DNA of 50,473 nt, filler included, from Sphacelaria rigidula (GCA_964200075.2; 2 parts of 2 records of this genome joined end to end with filler, not necessarily neighbours in it); one strand, 5' to 3'; positions 1 to 12,830 are shown, counted from the whole stretch's first letter. The notes: generated by a model from the sequence alone, not told the origin. Numbers and translations are program-made.

Positions 1-134
1 CAAAAGGGATGCATGGTCAATGGTCACGCGACTAAGGCAAGCAACAAATGAGTACGTCCCCCCCCTGGAAGGCCAAAAATGAAAGAAAGGGGCTACGAGC
101 TGGTCCAACCTAGACGCGAATTTGTAGTTTGCAG

Positions 135-392
135 GCCCCGCCTCACCTCAATTTTGAGAGTTTGACTTTCAAATTTGGTACGAAGAAACAATGGGGCATG
201 TTTGGGGCATGATAAAAAGTGCCTGCTGGACGGTAAGTTAAATTCCGTCCCGTAAAAACTTTTGTTTTCAGTAAAATGCCGTTAACTCATGAAAAAAAAT
301 TATCGTCCTGCAAAAACTTTTTAAATCATGCCCTATTCATTCTCCGTACCAAATTCGAACGTCCAACTCTTGAAAGTGAGGTGAGGCGGGGC
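135..392. repeat. Imperfect inverted repeat (arms ~135-232 and ~304-392) inside a non-autonomous DNA transposon fragment that starts at TACGAGCTGGTCCAACC (94)
   Basis: GCCCCGCCTCACCTCA...TTTGGTACG...GGGCATG...GGACG at 135-232 is the reverse complement of CGTCC...CATGCCC...CGTACCAAA...TGAGGTGAGGCGGGGC at 304-392. Confidence 0.7.
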
Positions 393-1304
393 GATTTAGA
401 AACCGGGCCGGTCGAAATTCGGGACTGTATTCTGGAGGCCGCTTACTGGCCCAGGTTTGGTAATTATCGGTTGAAATTTTGTGTGAGATCTCGCTAGGGC
501 ATAATAAACCAACGAAAGTGGCGCCTGTTGATTTTTTTTTCACGAGTTTCGGACGTTTTAGTGTCGTAAATATTATTTTTTCACGGGAACGCCCTCACCT
601 CTCCAAAATAACAAAAATCCACACCCCTTTTTTTTCGGCATACCTGTGGGGTTCTCCATGCTAAGTTTCGAATCATTCAGTCTAAAACTTAAGCTTAAAA
701 GCTGAGATAAGGGCCAAGAACAACGCCCATTTTTCCTGGAAACGCCCTCAAAAAAAAAAAACTCAGGAGGCTGCAGCTTTTTTATTTGCCCCAGCGATTT
801 TCCCGAACAATTTTCAAAGCAAAACCTGGCACAATTCTCGAAAGCTGAGACGCAAAATCCAGATCTAGTTGCATTTAGTGCCTCTCTGCTCGTAATATAT
901 TGATTTCAGTAGTATGGAAAAACATGTGCCCCATATCTCGAGATACATAACGAAGTAGGTGAAGCTGAGGGTATCGATCGTTCCCCTGTGCTCCAGGGGA
1001 TGTTCACACCAAAAATCGTCATCGTCCGCTGTGTATTTCGGTCGGGGTTTCATATTGACTTTAGGGTGGTCCATATATCCGCGTACGGTCTGGGAATTGC
1101 TGCTATAGACATGGTGTTTTATCAACGAGAAGAAAAAAATTGGCCCAGAATTTTGAAAAAATGATCAGATTTCCCTTGATCAGACGAATGATGCGATATA
1201 CGGACCACGGCCCAAGTCGTCTGTGTCAGCGAGATATTGGTTTGTGAGCTCAAATAAGCTGGACCATTGTACGGGTCTGGGGTTCTCTTTCACCCATCCC
1301 TGGT

Positions 1305-1692
1305 TGGTTGTGTGTGTTTGTGTGTGTGTGTAGTGTCATTTCATCTATTCTGGTGGCCAGTCTACACCTTTCGGTATGTGTGGGCGCATCAGCCGGGGTC
1401 ACACAGGAGGAACGCCAGGACAAGAGTTTTTCTTCCTTTTACTTTATTATAGCACTTCCATCTTCCATCTGCGGTGCTTGCTTTTTTTTTATCGCGAGAG
1501 CGGTCCAGCAGTCCCTTTCCCTCGTCGACCGTGAAGTCAAATTTTGTGTACCCACGACATGACTTGTCACTTCCACTCGTGGGCATTGTTTGAGAAAAAA
1601 TCCCAGATCGTGTGACTGCACCGGCATTCGAACCCACTACCCAATCATCAAGAGGATTCGAGGGTACCAACTGGGCCACCGCGGCGACCGGC
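1305..1692 (-). mobile_element. tRNA-derived SINE, family A, copy 1
   Basis: The minus strand starts GCCGGTCGCCGCGGTGGCCCAGTTGGTA (A box), has GGTTCGAATGCC (B box, 1623-1634) and ends in a (CA)n-like tail. The body matches copies at 12831-13193 and 50211-50400. Confidence 0.8.
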
Positions 1693-1914
1693 CCTCAGGA
1701 GGCGATGTTTCTTCAACAACGATTTTGAGCAAAACTATAATAAGATCCCGCCTAGTAGATAATAGAGAGTTTCAGAAAACGTTTTTTGTTATTTCCGAGG
1801 GCAAATATCTCGGATCGAAGTGCAAAACAAAACAAAATCATCGAAAAACGTTGAGGGTTCAACATAGTTCATCGACGAACAGAAGCCGGAAGCATGAGCG
1901 GGGGCATTGCGGGG

Positions 1915-2256
1915 TATTCGATTATTCTGGCAAGGTTACTGAGAACGCTCCTTGTGATGGGAGAAAGACATTTGCTCCGAGTTAGTATGTTTTGGGAAAT
2001 GTATCGCGGATCTTGCGACGCTGTAGATTTTGGATCGTAGGCTGTCGTGACAGGGTAGTGCTCTACGCCCTACTCCCTCACGCGCTTCCCTCACCTCTTT
2101 TCACCCCATTTCCCAAGCGTGGATAGTAATAATAAATACTTACAACACATCGTCATATTCTTCCCAGTCACTGCAAGCGGGTAGTAAGCTGTTTGAGCAC
2201 ACAGAAAGGGGCTGCTATTGCTGCAAGATAATCTGATCAACACGATCATTCGAATG
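1915..2256 (+). repeat. 5' LTR of the Copia element
   Basis: TATTCGATTATTCTGGCAAGG...CACGATCATTCGAATG aligns with 6950-7571, with about 16 mismatches in the first ~165 bp by eye. Confidence 0.9.
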
Positions 2257-2294
2257 CGTTAACGCTAAGTTCGAATTTGGATCGTTGCTTTGAG

Positions 2295-5200
2295 ATGGCT
2301 GATCAAGACAGTGCAGTGGAAGAATTGAGGGTGCTGCTCGAGTCGTAGACAACGACCTTGGTAGAAAAGCTGTCACGCGTCGAGGCTGCCCAGGAAAGCA
2401 GAGGCAGACGAATTGAAAGGTTGGTCAGTGGAGATCAACCATTGTATCTCGATGGTACTACGGGCGTGGAGCGAGCAGGGCCTGCTTCCGGTCCTGGAGG
2501 TGGAGTCACTACCGATGGCCTGCTGCCAGCTGTCTGTGAGGTTGGGATTGCAGAAGATCGCACTGTCGCGTTGAATCCTAGGGAAGTAGCACCAAAGCTG
2601 TCCTTCCCAAGTTAGGAGGATCTGTGGTTTTTCCTTTATGGGAAAGACGATTTGAGGGTTTCGCTTTGTTCAACGACTCAGCATGCAGGCCTTCAGTACG
2701 ACTATTGATATGCCCCTACGTAATCCCTCAGTTACTTTGCAGTTTTTGGATGACCAAGGTTATATAATAGTGAGACAACCATAAGACGAGCGCTGGTGTA
2801 CTAGTGTCACTACAGTAGGGATCCATATGCGTGTAGAAGAGGTTAACCTCAAGATAGTTGAGGTACTCACAAGTGACTACGAATACGAACCGTGTACAAT
2901 CCTGTACAGAGACACAACCCGGGTATACATAGAGGCTATCGTACGGCAGAGACACACGCTTATGTCACGGAATGGTAAGAAGAACCGTGACGTTGGACAA
3001 GCTCTCATTACGAGCAAGTCCACCCGCCGAAATCGAAGTCAAGATGGCGCCAAGGGTACTGCCAAAGGTGGTACGGGTGTTTCCGGTGGCACTGCAGCAG
3101 ATAAGAACGACCGAGATAGCAGCGCCAAAAGCGTGGACAAGAAATACATGCAAAACAAGTGTCATCGTTGCTGAGAGCCACATTATCCTAGCCCCAAAGA
3201 AATCACACAGTGGCTGCGGTGATATTATAGCGTGTTTGTCGTTTGGTATGCAACAAAGTAAGGAGGATGGGGTGGGAGTGCGTGATTGCAGTTATGATGT
3301 TATTGACAGGTGGATAGCTGATAGTGGAGCAACATTTCATATGACTGAATCAGCCGAAATGCTCTATGACGTGAAACCATCTGAGGACAAAGTCAAGATC
3401 GGTAATAATACCCTCATCGACGTTGAGTGGTATGTGTCATTGACTGTGGTTTTCCTCAACAGGGCTGGAGGAGTATCAGTAAGGCTTGAGAAGGTCCCAT
3501 ACGTACCGAATTTAGCTTTCGACCTATTCTCACTGGTGACTGCACACACACCAGGGGTAGGCTTCTCGACTGATGACTCCGACAAGAGTGTGACCCTACT
3601 GGACAGGCGTCTTAGGTTTTAGAGTGATGGGTCTGGGTAATCAACGTATGGTATAAGGATTGATTCCGAAAATGACCGTGTATCCTCCCCCTTGTTGGTT
3701 CCCGAGTCTGGCAAAAATTCAGTGCAACCCGACCACCCGGCGTACCCTGTGATTGCCACCGGAAGTGCCGCCTCACGCGAGACTGCTGTGGACATAACGT
3801 TTTCTACTGCATACAGGGACATCCCAATGAATTTCCGTGAAGAGAGACGGCAAAATCTCTAGGTATAGAGTTACTGGGTAACTTGAAACTGTGTACAGGA
3901 TGTTCTATGGCACAGGGGTACAGGAAACATATCGCAAACAGCACGAAATATCGTGCTTCACACAAGCGAGGAAGAATTTTGTTGATTTAAGCGGTCTTAA
4001 GGGAACCCCTTCGTTGCTTGCGAAGAAGTATGTAATGACAGTGAATGACTATTTTACCCGGTACGCATCGGCATATTTTCTCGAGCGTAAGTCTGATACC
4101 GCTGGTGCTTTCAGGTAGTTTTTGGTCGATGTACGTGCGGATGGTATACCTTCGGAAGTGATATTAGTTAGACCTGACGACGGAGGGGAGTTTTTCGATG
4201 GTGATTTTGAAGGCGTGTGTAGGCACTACTATATCAAGCAGGAATCCACCAGCGCGAAGTGTCCGGAACTGAACGGTGTTGCCGAGAGAGCTCTAGGTAT
4301 CATTCAAAACGCCGCACTTACTGCTCGCATCCAAGCCCCCGTCCTCTTTCCACATGTCGAACTGCCATCATCGGAGACCCTCTGGGCTGAGGCGATATAT
4401 TGAGCGTGTGACGCCCTGAATCACACCGCGACGACGTCCAACCCAGGTAACAAGTCGCCGCAGGATATGTGGTACAGCAAGGTAGCACCTGCATCACCAC
4501 ACCCGTTTCTTCGTCCGGGCTACTGCCGCTGGAACCGACCGTCATAGTCGTTCCCCAAGGGCGAGAGTAGCTTCTACCTCGGGTCCGGCATCGACCACCT
4601 CTGCGATTCATTGCGGACGCTGACGCGGGCAAATAAAGTAGTGGAGAGGAGGGACGTCACCTGGGAGGCGCCGCCGGTCATGGTGGTGCCGCCGGTACAG
4701 CTGCAGCAGCCGGCTTAAACGAAGCTGGCAGAAGCATCGGAGCTGGGAGGGACTCCGGAGCCGGGAGGGCTAGATGATTTCGATTCTGTTCCACCGACTC
4801 CATTACCGCTACTGGGGAGAGGAATTCCCCATCAGCGTCGGGCGACATTTCCAGCGAAGAGTGCAGACCATGGTGGCGAAGGTGAGCGGGGTTCTCATGG
4901 CGATGAAAATCACCCGGCCCCCGACAGCACAACTGATTATTTAGGAGTATATTCACCATCGATGAGTGGTGAGCCGTCTGCCGACGGCGACCTCTCAGTC
5001 GAGGAGAGCGACTCGTCTTCATCGGACAAAAGTGCTTCAGTTCCAACGGCAGCGCGGACTGCGGCGCAACTCGAGTCACATCTGGTTGGATCTAGAAATG
5101 GGGAGGAGCTTGGGCGAACCAGAGCGCAGACGCGAGCGCTTAATCAACAAGCATCTGGGCTCGTGACTACGTTAGGGTCCGATGAAGGGGGCAAAATAAT

Positions 5201-6812
5201 CTACTGCCTACTGGCGGTACAGGAGATTACCCGTAAGTCGAGCGAGCTTCTTGAATGTTTCGTCGAAGAAGCGGGACCGGAGCCCTTGTCATACCCTGCG
5301 GCGTGTCCATCACAATACTCGGATGTGTGGGTGGAGGCGATGCGGATAGAATTCGATGGGCTTACAAATGCCGGAACGTTCGCAGACGTGCCTGAGATTC
5401 CAGAGGGGTGCAACATTGTGGGCGCGAAGTGGGTGTATCAGTGGTGAAGTGATTTGCATGGAATGGTTGACCATGCGAAAGCCTGTATGGTAGCGATGGG
5501 GTATAGTCAGGTAGAGGGAGTAGACTAAATCGACACATTTGCCCCTACGGCATCTGGTACGTCAAACAGGTTAGTGGCGGCTATGGCCTATAAGCTAGAC
5601 TGGGATTTGAGGCACTTGAATGTAGACCAGTCATTCATGCAGTCGGAGTTGGACACCGATATCGACTTGCGCCTGCCCCCCGGTTGTGGATCCGTATCTG
5701 GTAAGGTAGCACGCCTTAACAAGGCCTTGTCGGTTTGAAGCAGAGTGGTCGTGCATGGTATCAGCTATTGTCGTCAACCCTGGTGAAGTATGGTTTCGAG
5801 CGATGCTTGGTAGATCCCTGTGTGCTTCGACTGAGGGCTGCTGAAGACGTTGTGGCGATGATGGTCTTTCATGTGGACGATAGCATGATGGCAGCTACTG
5901 AGAAAGTTACTAAGGTAAAAGTCGGTGCACTCAATCAGAGATTTCCCACTAAACATCTCGGAGAAGTCGAGGGGTACACGGGGAGTGAGTACAAAAGTGG
6001 CAGGGAGAAAGGTACTTTGGAGATGCCGCAAACCCGAATCATCAAGAGTGTGCTAAATCTTTTCGACGTGTCGAAGACTAACCCCATTCCCGCTACCCCT
6101 TCTTTGGACCTCAGGAATGCGAGCGAGGAATAGATCGTGGTGGGTGTACCTTTTCCGTGAGATCGTGGGAAGCTTGATGTGGATAGCGAACCAAACGAGG
6201 TCCGATATTGTGAATGCACTTCGGGCAGTCGCTTGGTACTCTCATGAACCCAAGCTGACTCACTACAAGGCGGCACAGAAGATACTCGAGCATTTGAATG
6301 CTAGGTTGGACTTTGGTTTACTTTTCAAGAAGAGTAGCTACTTGGGATGTATTCACTTGGAGTTTGATTTGGATACGTACATTGACGCAGACTACGCCCA
6401 AAAGGCAGAGGACTGACGTTCCGTTTCCAGTGTAGCTATTTGCTGTGGAGGTACGCCAGTGTCTTGGTTCTCTAGGACGCAGAAGTGCGTCACCCTATCT
6501 ACTACTGAGGCAGAGTGTGTAGCAATGGCAGACGGTGTCAAGGAGGCCGCCCTGTATGTGAGGGGGATTCTGAAGTTCCTAATGCCTAGTTTGGGGTCGA
6601 AAAGCATTGCTGTTTTTGACGACAAGAAGGGGGCGATAGACTTAGCTGAAAAACGCTTGAGCTCCTCGAACAGCATCAGGGAGTTGGTTGCTAGTGATGA
6701 CATATCTGTAAAGTATCTTCAATCAGAAGAACAGCATGCGGGTATTCTAACCAAAGCCATTGATTGAGAGAATTTCGAAAGGGACCATGGTTTCCTCTTA
6801 GGCAGGATGTAG
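2295..6812 (+). pseudogene. Copia gag-pol polyprotein pseudogene with many stops and frameshifts
   Basis: Motifs in order: Zn-knuckle relic KCHRC*EPH (~3160), protease WIADSGATFHMT (~3310), integrase VDLSG / RPDDGGEF / ELNGVAER (3980-4290), RT IVGAKWVYQW, KQSGRAWY and FHVDD (5415-5885), RNase H DADYA, WFSRTQKCVTLSTTEAE and ILTKAID (6380-6765). Confidence 0.93.
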
Positions 6813-6949
6813 AATTCACCGTTTTTATTTTTTCATTGTGGTGGACCCCATCATTTGAGATGAGCGATAATAGTAAGGAATTCGATCTAGTGTAGTTTAT
6901 TTGATGGCAATAAGGTCACGCTTGGGCTTGGTAGTAAAGCTAGGGACGG

Positions 6950-7571
6950 TGTTCGATTATTCTGGCAAGGCTACTGAGAACGTTCCTCGTGATTGGAGAA
7001 AGGCGATTGTTCCGAGTTCCTATATTTTGGGAAAGGTATCGCGGATCTTGCGACGCTGTAGGTTTTGGATTGTAGGCTGTCGTGACAGGATAGTGCTCTA
7101 CGCCCTACTCCCTCACTTGCATCCCTCTTCCCTCTTCGTACAATTTTCCCATAGCGGACAGCTAATGAGCTACCTGAAATACCTAATCGAGGAAAACTCT
7201 CAGATCCATCGTATAAAAACACAAAACACAGGACAACAGTGCCCGAGAAGTCCAAGCGTTACCTTCCCGCTACACCGGGTGCTCGGGGTATATCGCTGTC
7301 GGGAGCTAACACGGAAATAGCGGCGAAATGAGCTAATGTAGCTCAAGATCCGGATCAGAACTCTAATAAGAAGTAATACCCAGGTAGCTCATGAGCTGTC
7401 CGACGTGTGGATTTTACAAGTGTGGATACGAGTGGCGGTACAGGTAATAGAGACTTACCACACATCGGCATATTCTTCCCAGTTACTGCAAGCGGGTAGC
7501 AAGCTGTTTGAGCACAAAGCAAGGGGCTATTGTTGCTGCAAGATAATCTGACCACCACGATCATTCGAATG
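6950..7571 (+). repeat. 3' LTR of the Copia element, ~280 bp longer than the 5' LTR
   Basis: It begins TGTTCGATTATTCTGG and ends CACGATCATTCGAATG. An extra internal segment at ~7155-7440 is absent from the 5' LTR. Confidence 0.9.
7155..7402. mobile_element. MITE-like insert with 22-bp terminal inverted repeats inside the 3' LTR
   Basis: CGGACAGCTAATGAGCTACCTG (7155-7176) matches CAGGTAGCTCATGAGCTGTCCG (7381-7402) with 1 mismatch. No clear TSD. Confidence 0.65.
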
Positions 7572-9281
7572 AAGGGGATATCACATTCGACGGATGAGGA
7601 AATATTTTTTCGTTACAATCTGATCCTAAGATATTTGCACTCTGTAATGATAAAAACGCGTTTTCCGAAACTAGTATCTGTGTGGACGGCTCAAAGTCCA
7701 GTGCATGCTCGAAGAATTAAGTTTATACTCAACTAAACGTGCATCTACCCAGTGACTCATCGACGACTGGCGCATGATCCTTGTGCGGAGCGCTTCGTCG
7801 ATGCGCGCACACGCCCTCTCAAGTGCTTACCGCTTCCAGGATGTCGTCGCGTAGGTGGTTCCGTAGGTCGATAGAGCTCTCCTCCTCACTGCTCTCTTTC
7901 ACAGCGTTCTTTTTCTCGTTCGTTTGTATATCACAATAATCATCATTATTGGCCACCATCATTACTGCGCCCTGAACGCTCCTTGGCGCTATCGCTACGA
8001 GTAAACCTCAGGTATATTAGAAATCTATCCAGGTGGATAGTAGATCTTCCTCGCAGTTCTACCATTGCCACCCACGGTAGGTTTACGAGAAAGACGCAGA
8101 ACGCTCAGCGGGCTCATGGCTCCCAGCCTGTTGGTCAACTCGTGCTTTGCATCACATTCGCCGCATTGGATTTAATACACACAACGCATCTTATTCCACA
8201 ACATGCCCTCCGACGAGATTGATGGTCATTGGCTGCATTGTGAAAGCCTGCATCTACTCTGTTGTGGCGACCTGCCACGGCATTCATCAGGTTCAACACG
8301 TACTAGTCGCTGGTCTATCCTGCGCCAGACCGATAACACGCTGTCCACACACGACCGATATCCATTGTTCAGGCCCGTAATGATATGGGAAATGACAAAC
8401 ACATTAAAAAATATGTGCAAGGGCTGGGTCAGGAATGATGAGTAGGACAGCCAGGACAATGTGGCAGTAGGGCAAGCTGGGATTCTCTGACGAGAGGAAG
8501 AGACAGGTGCAATCGGCTGGCAAGATAAAGACACGGCGAATATTTTTTTTACTGCGAAAGAACAGGTGCGAGGGAGAGTGATTGTGTCTGTGAAAGCAAG
8601 AGGGGTTCACTGTTCTTGTGGGAGGTTCCTTGATATTCCGCTGTTCTGCGCTGGAGTAAGTTCGTCTGTTCCAGCTGTGCCTCCTCATCTGTGTTACCCT
8701 GTTCTGGCAATGCGGCGCGTAGGTAGGTGAGGCATGAGAGTACCTGAAAGTAGGAGCATGCCGTCAGCAACCACTTTTTTGTGACACGGTAGGTTGGAAT
8801 GATCTGGATTGCATCGTGCCTGTCGGCTTTTGTTCGTTGCAGTAATACTGTAACTATTATAGTCATCTACAAGAGTACCTTTCTTTCGTTCAGGGTAAAG
8901 ACGGTTGTAGTTTAAACACGCCTGTACACAGACAAGAGTTACGTACATACTGTACCGTAGTACCTGTAGTACCTTGCGATTGCTGTCTGTATATACGACT
9001 CGTGCTGTACATACCCGCACGGACTTGACCGGGAGTTATTTGCGCTGTGTTGAGACAGTACCTTGGACACTTCAGAGATGGCGAATACTCGTAGCCATCA
9101 TCAGTTCAGTAGCCAGCACAAAAATATTTTTTGTCGATACAAGTAGTCCAGCTTTCTGACATGCTGCGGCTGTGTATGCCCTACTCCCTGAGATCCAAAT
9201 ACACATGCCACGAATTCCCAGAACAAGTACAACAACAATGCAGTCACAGTAATCAACATTTGTGCTGTACCCAATCTCCAA

Positions 9282-9401
9282 TCTTTGTGATTTTTTTGTA
9301 GTTGGCGATATTTTATAAGTTTTCATTTCCTAAATCATCGTACATCCGATAAATTTAGGGATTGGGAGGTGTTGGTATCAGCTTCACATTCCGGAAAAAA
9401 A

Positions 9402-9436
<35 letters not shown>

Positions 9437-9777
9437 GTATATGCAGTCAATATCGAATGACTAACAGGCTGACCAGTCCTCGAGGGTCCTGCAACTACAC
9501 AGCCGCAGGTTCCCACTCTCCGGAATTTCCGCTCGTTGAAACCAATCCCGGTGGTTCTCGTGAAAAAATGTACAGACCCGTTGATCTGATTCTTTACCTT
9601 TCCATTGCGCCAGAGGCATAAAGTGTGTTTTTTTACCTGTCACGGCCAATAACACCCCCATGATAAACGCGGCCTTTACTTCGCATCACCCCAACAGCGC
9701 CAATTTGGGAATTGTGTGCTGAGCACGATTTATTTATTTTCCCAATATTCACCGACTGTAGCACTCTCGACTGCTGA
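9282..9777 (+). mobile_element. Long 'arm' repeat, copy 1 (core GTCCTCGRGGGTCCTGCAACTACACAGCC); left arm of composite I
   Basis: Homologous to 29932-30402 (+), 34850-35309 (+), 17039-17480 (-) and 32385-32878 (-). It contains a (TA)n at ~9405-9432. Confidence 0.75.
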
Positions 9778-10715
9778 TGAAGATTAGTATGCGAGAAAAT
9801 TACAGAAAACACCCAACTACTAATATCGACAATGGGTGTTACTGACCGATTTTGATGAAAACAAAATACAGTGTTTCGGCTCTAGCGTGATGAGCGGTTA
9901 AAAATCCAAATAATAGCATTCTGCACAATTGTACAAGAGAAAGATCGGGGTGGGTGCAATCCTCTGTAGTACGAGTATGAGCTCGGCCAGCCGAGCGTTC
10001 CTGGTGGCGGTTGATCCAGTCTCACTCACCATTTTGCGATAATATAGAGGCGGTGTTGTGGAAGGTTAGGCGTCGAGACAAGGGGCACCTCGTGTGTGGT
10101 AATGCTGAAACTTCGAGTATGTGTTGGGTGATTCCTTAGGTGAGTGTCGAAGCGAAGTTGGGTGTCGCTAGGCGCTGAGGGCGCTGTTTGGGTTGAAACA
10201 GTGGTTACCGGCATGGCCAGATTTATCTTCAATTTTACACGTTGGGTAATGACAGCTATGGAGGGTACGACATCAAACTGGCGACGAGGCAGCAACGGAT
10301 CCTGCCGACGGTGTCGTGATGTTTTGCCCGCTCATGGATGGATACTCTTCGAAGCACAGCTAACGAAAACCGTTTGGTCTTCATTGTATACAGCATCTGA
10401 GGGCACAGGGCTCAACGTTGCGGCTCCAACTCGCGCGACAACAGGTCGACGTGCAGGTCCTCTCGCGCGAACTGTGGGTTCTACCGAAAACCACTGCAAA
10501 GCTACCTAACGAGAAGCTACGTCCCCTTGCACGCAGTACTAAAACTTATGGTGCACGCATATCTGTCTGACACCGATAGAGATGGTCCCTATGGTAATCT
10601 CTCAGTATTGTCAGAGTAAGGTGGTACCAGGTTTGTAGGGTAATATTTCGGTGGTCCAGTAACTTCCGCTTCGCCGAGCTCTCGCAGAGTATTTCACGAT
10701 CAAGCGGAGGGACAC

Positions 10716-10912
10716 TGTAATGCGTGAGAGGACCGCGTGTTAACGGGACCGCAACGTAGTTCGAAACACATTGGGATCGACGTTTTTCAAAACTAATCGG
10801 GCCAGTCCCTGTAGGGACCACACCCCTGACCCCAACCACAACAGTAACCCTAGCCCTAAAACCCTAACCATAGGGATGTTTAAATTCCAATGCGGTCCTC
10901 TCACGCATTACA
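10716..10912. mobile_element. 197-bp element with perfect 21-bp inverted repeats and internal telomere-like repeats
   Basis: TGTAATGCGTGAGAGGACCGC (10716-10736) is the exact reverse complement of 10892-10912. AACCCTAGCCCTAAAACCCTAACC lies at ~10846-10869. Confidence 0.7.
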
Positions 10913-12067
10913 ATACGTTATGCGATGTTGTATGATACAAGTCTACTTCCACGCCAGACACGGTCAGCGACAGAACCCGTGTGCACAGAGTGGCGCCCGC
11001 AGCTCTGAGATCACAGTCGGTACCAATTTAGTCAAGTCCAGGTAAGGAGCACATTTGAAGTAGCAACCGCTTGTTATCTGTCTGGGCCGTGACGTCCCTC
11101 CTGCACCGTGCGGACTCCTCCACTGTGGTTCTGTACCTGTGGCGCCAGCTGTCCGTCCTGATGATGATGACCCTCTTCGCGCGATGACTTCGTCTCTGAG
11201 TGCCAATACCATTGATTCTGTGGAGCATGACTGCTTCAACTGAAGCACTGCATTCGGTGTTGAATAAGAAGAATCAACAAGAAACATCCCTGCATATTAT
11301 CGAAAAGTAACAAGCTGGAGCAGTTACGCACAGCTTAATATCAGGAGGTAAAAGCTGAAAGTTTGATGCGAGAGTTCTGTTGTCAATACGCGAAACAGAA
11401 ACAAGGAAACATATATCAACCCTCTCGAACTCGCGAAAACAATATCATACAAACTCCCATATGCGAGCTTTCGTCATCGCGAAAAAGTCAGTTCGAGTTC
11501 GGTGAAGGAATCTGTCACATTAGTATACTTGAACTTGAGGTGGTGCACCGTTTTGGTGGACTGCATCATCAACACTTACTTGCAGAAAAGCACTCATATC
11601 TTGGTTAAGAAAACGTCAATTGTGAATCGTCATTTTTCCATCGACGCTTCCAAAAAAGTCAAGAGCGATTTGAGATTTCAGAACAAGAAAATATGGTTTT
11701 AGTTCCATGAACATAAACTGTTGTTGCTTCCGTCACGAATTTTCAACTTGCGTGCAGAAAATCCTTGTAAATTTCTGCTCAAAACTTAAAAAATTATGCT
11801 CCGCATGCAATTTTTTGTGTGAGACTGTCGCGCCCTGGTGATCGGTCTGATTCACGAGACTCTAGTTACTGAGGTCACGAGGTCGAATTCTCAGAATCTT
11901 GTTCCGTTTGAGATCATATATTATACAGTACGTTTTTTCATTTATTTGCAAGCGGCGGAGCGTGCACTACCAGGTTGGTCTGCAGCTCGCAGCGATATGA
12001 TTACGTCGGGCTGATTCGGGAAACTTGAAAAAAAAGTTTTTGCGTGCTCGGGATATACACGTTTTTA

Positions 12068-12811
12068 CCCTTGGACAGCGAGCGTCGCCTCGGAACAGTT
12101 TCACAGACTGACAGTCCGGAGACATTTGGAGGTTTCCAGTGGCCGAGGTGTGTGGTTTTTGCGGGGAGGGGGGGGTGTCTCTTCACAGAGGAACCCAAAA
12201 GCTCACCAAGTCAACCATGCGTGTTTAGAAGTCCCCCGCTGAAAATTATGAGCCGTGCACGAGGCCCCAGAGGCGCGGGATGCCCATTCTGACCAATCAC
12301 GATCCTCGAAATGAGCACGTTGTTCGTGTTCGGGTGGCTAGATTGGACTAATTCGGTGTCTACCGCCGCGACTCATTTTGGTCATAGGAAATCAACCGTA
12401 GATTACATGGGTACAAACAACCTGTTTTGTATTCTACTCGTGGTATAAGCCGCCTACCTGACCCCTCATGTGCTCCCAGCATAGCTTCACACTGTAGTGT
12501 TGTTGAGCACCAGGCAGAGGCATCAGCAGCATGCAGTAAATTGTGTTCAGCAGAGAGCAATGACACACTTACACTGTCTGTTGCCGTTGTATTCAGTCAA
12601 GACATGCAGTACACATATATACCGACCCTGGACGAAATTTATTGCAAGGTCAAAACTGGTCAGGGGTTCTCCGGCACTATTTTCAATATAGATGACAAAT
12701 ATCCACATTTGATGTAAAAGGCGTTTTGTGTTGTGACAAAGTAATGATTCTGAACCCAAAAAGTGGCATAGTCCAAGTCAGTCCATCTGCGGGGGGGTCG
12801 CTGCCAAAGGG
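12068..12811. mobile_element. piggyBac-like non-autonomous element
   Basis: TTTA|CCCTTGGACAGCGA ... TCGCTGCCAAAGGG|TTAA gives a 12/14 TIR with CCC/GGG ends and TTAA-like TSDs. No transposase ORF. Confidence 0.6.
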
Positions 12812-12830
12812 TTAAGGGTGGCCCAGTACG

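Larger units (their letters stand above)
1915..7571 (+). mobile_element. Degenerate full-length Ty1/Copia LTR retrotransposon
   Basis: Two direct LTRs flank gag-PR-IN-RT-RH motifs in Copia order (IN before RT). A purine-rich tract AAAGCTAGGGACGG precedes the 3' LTR. Confidence 0.95.
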
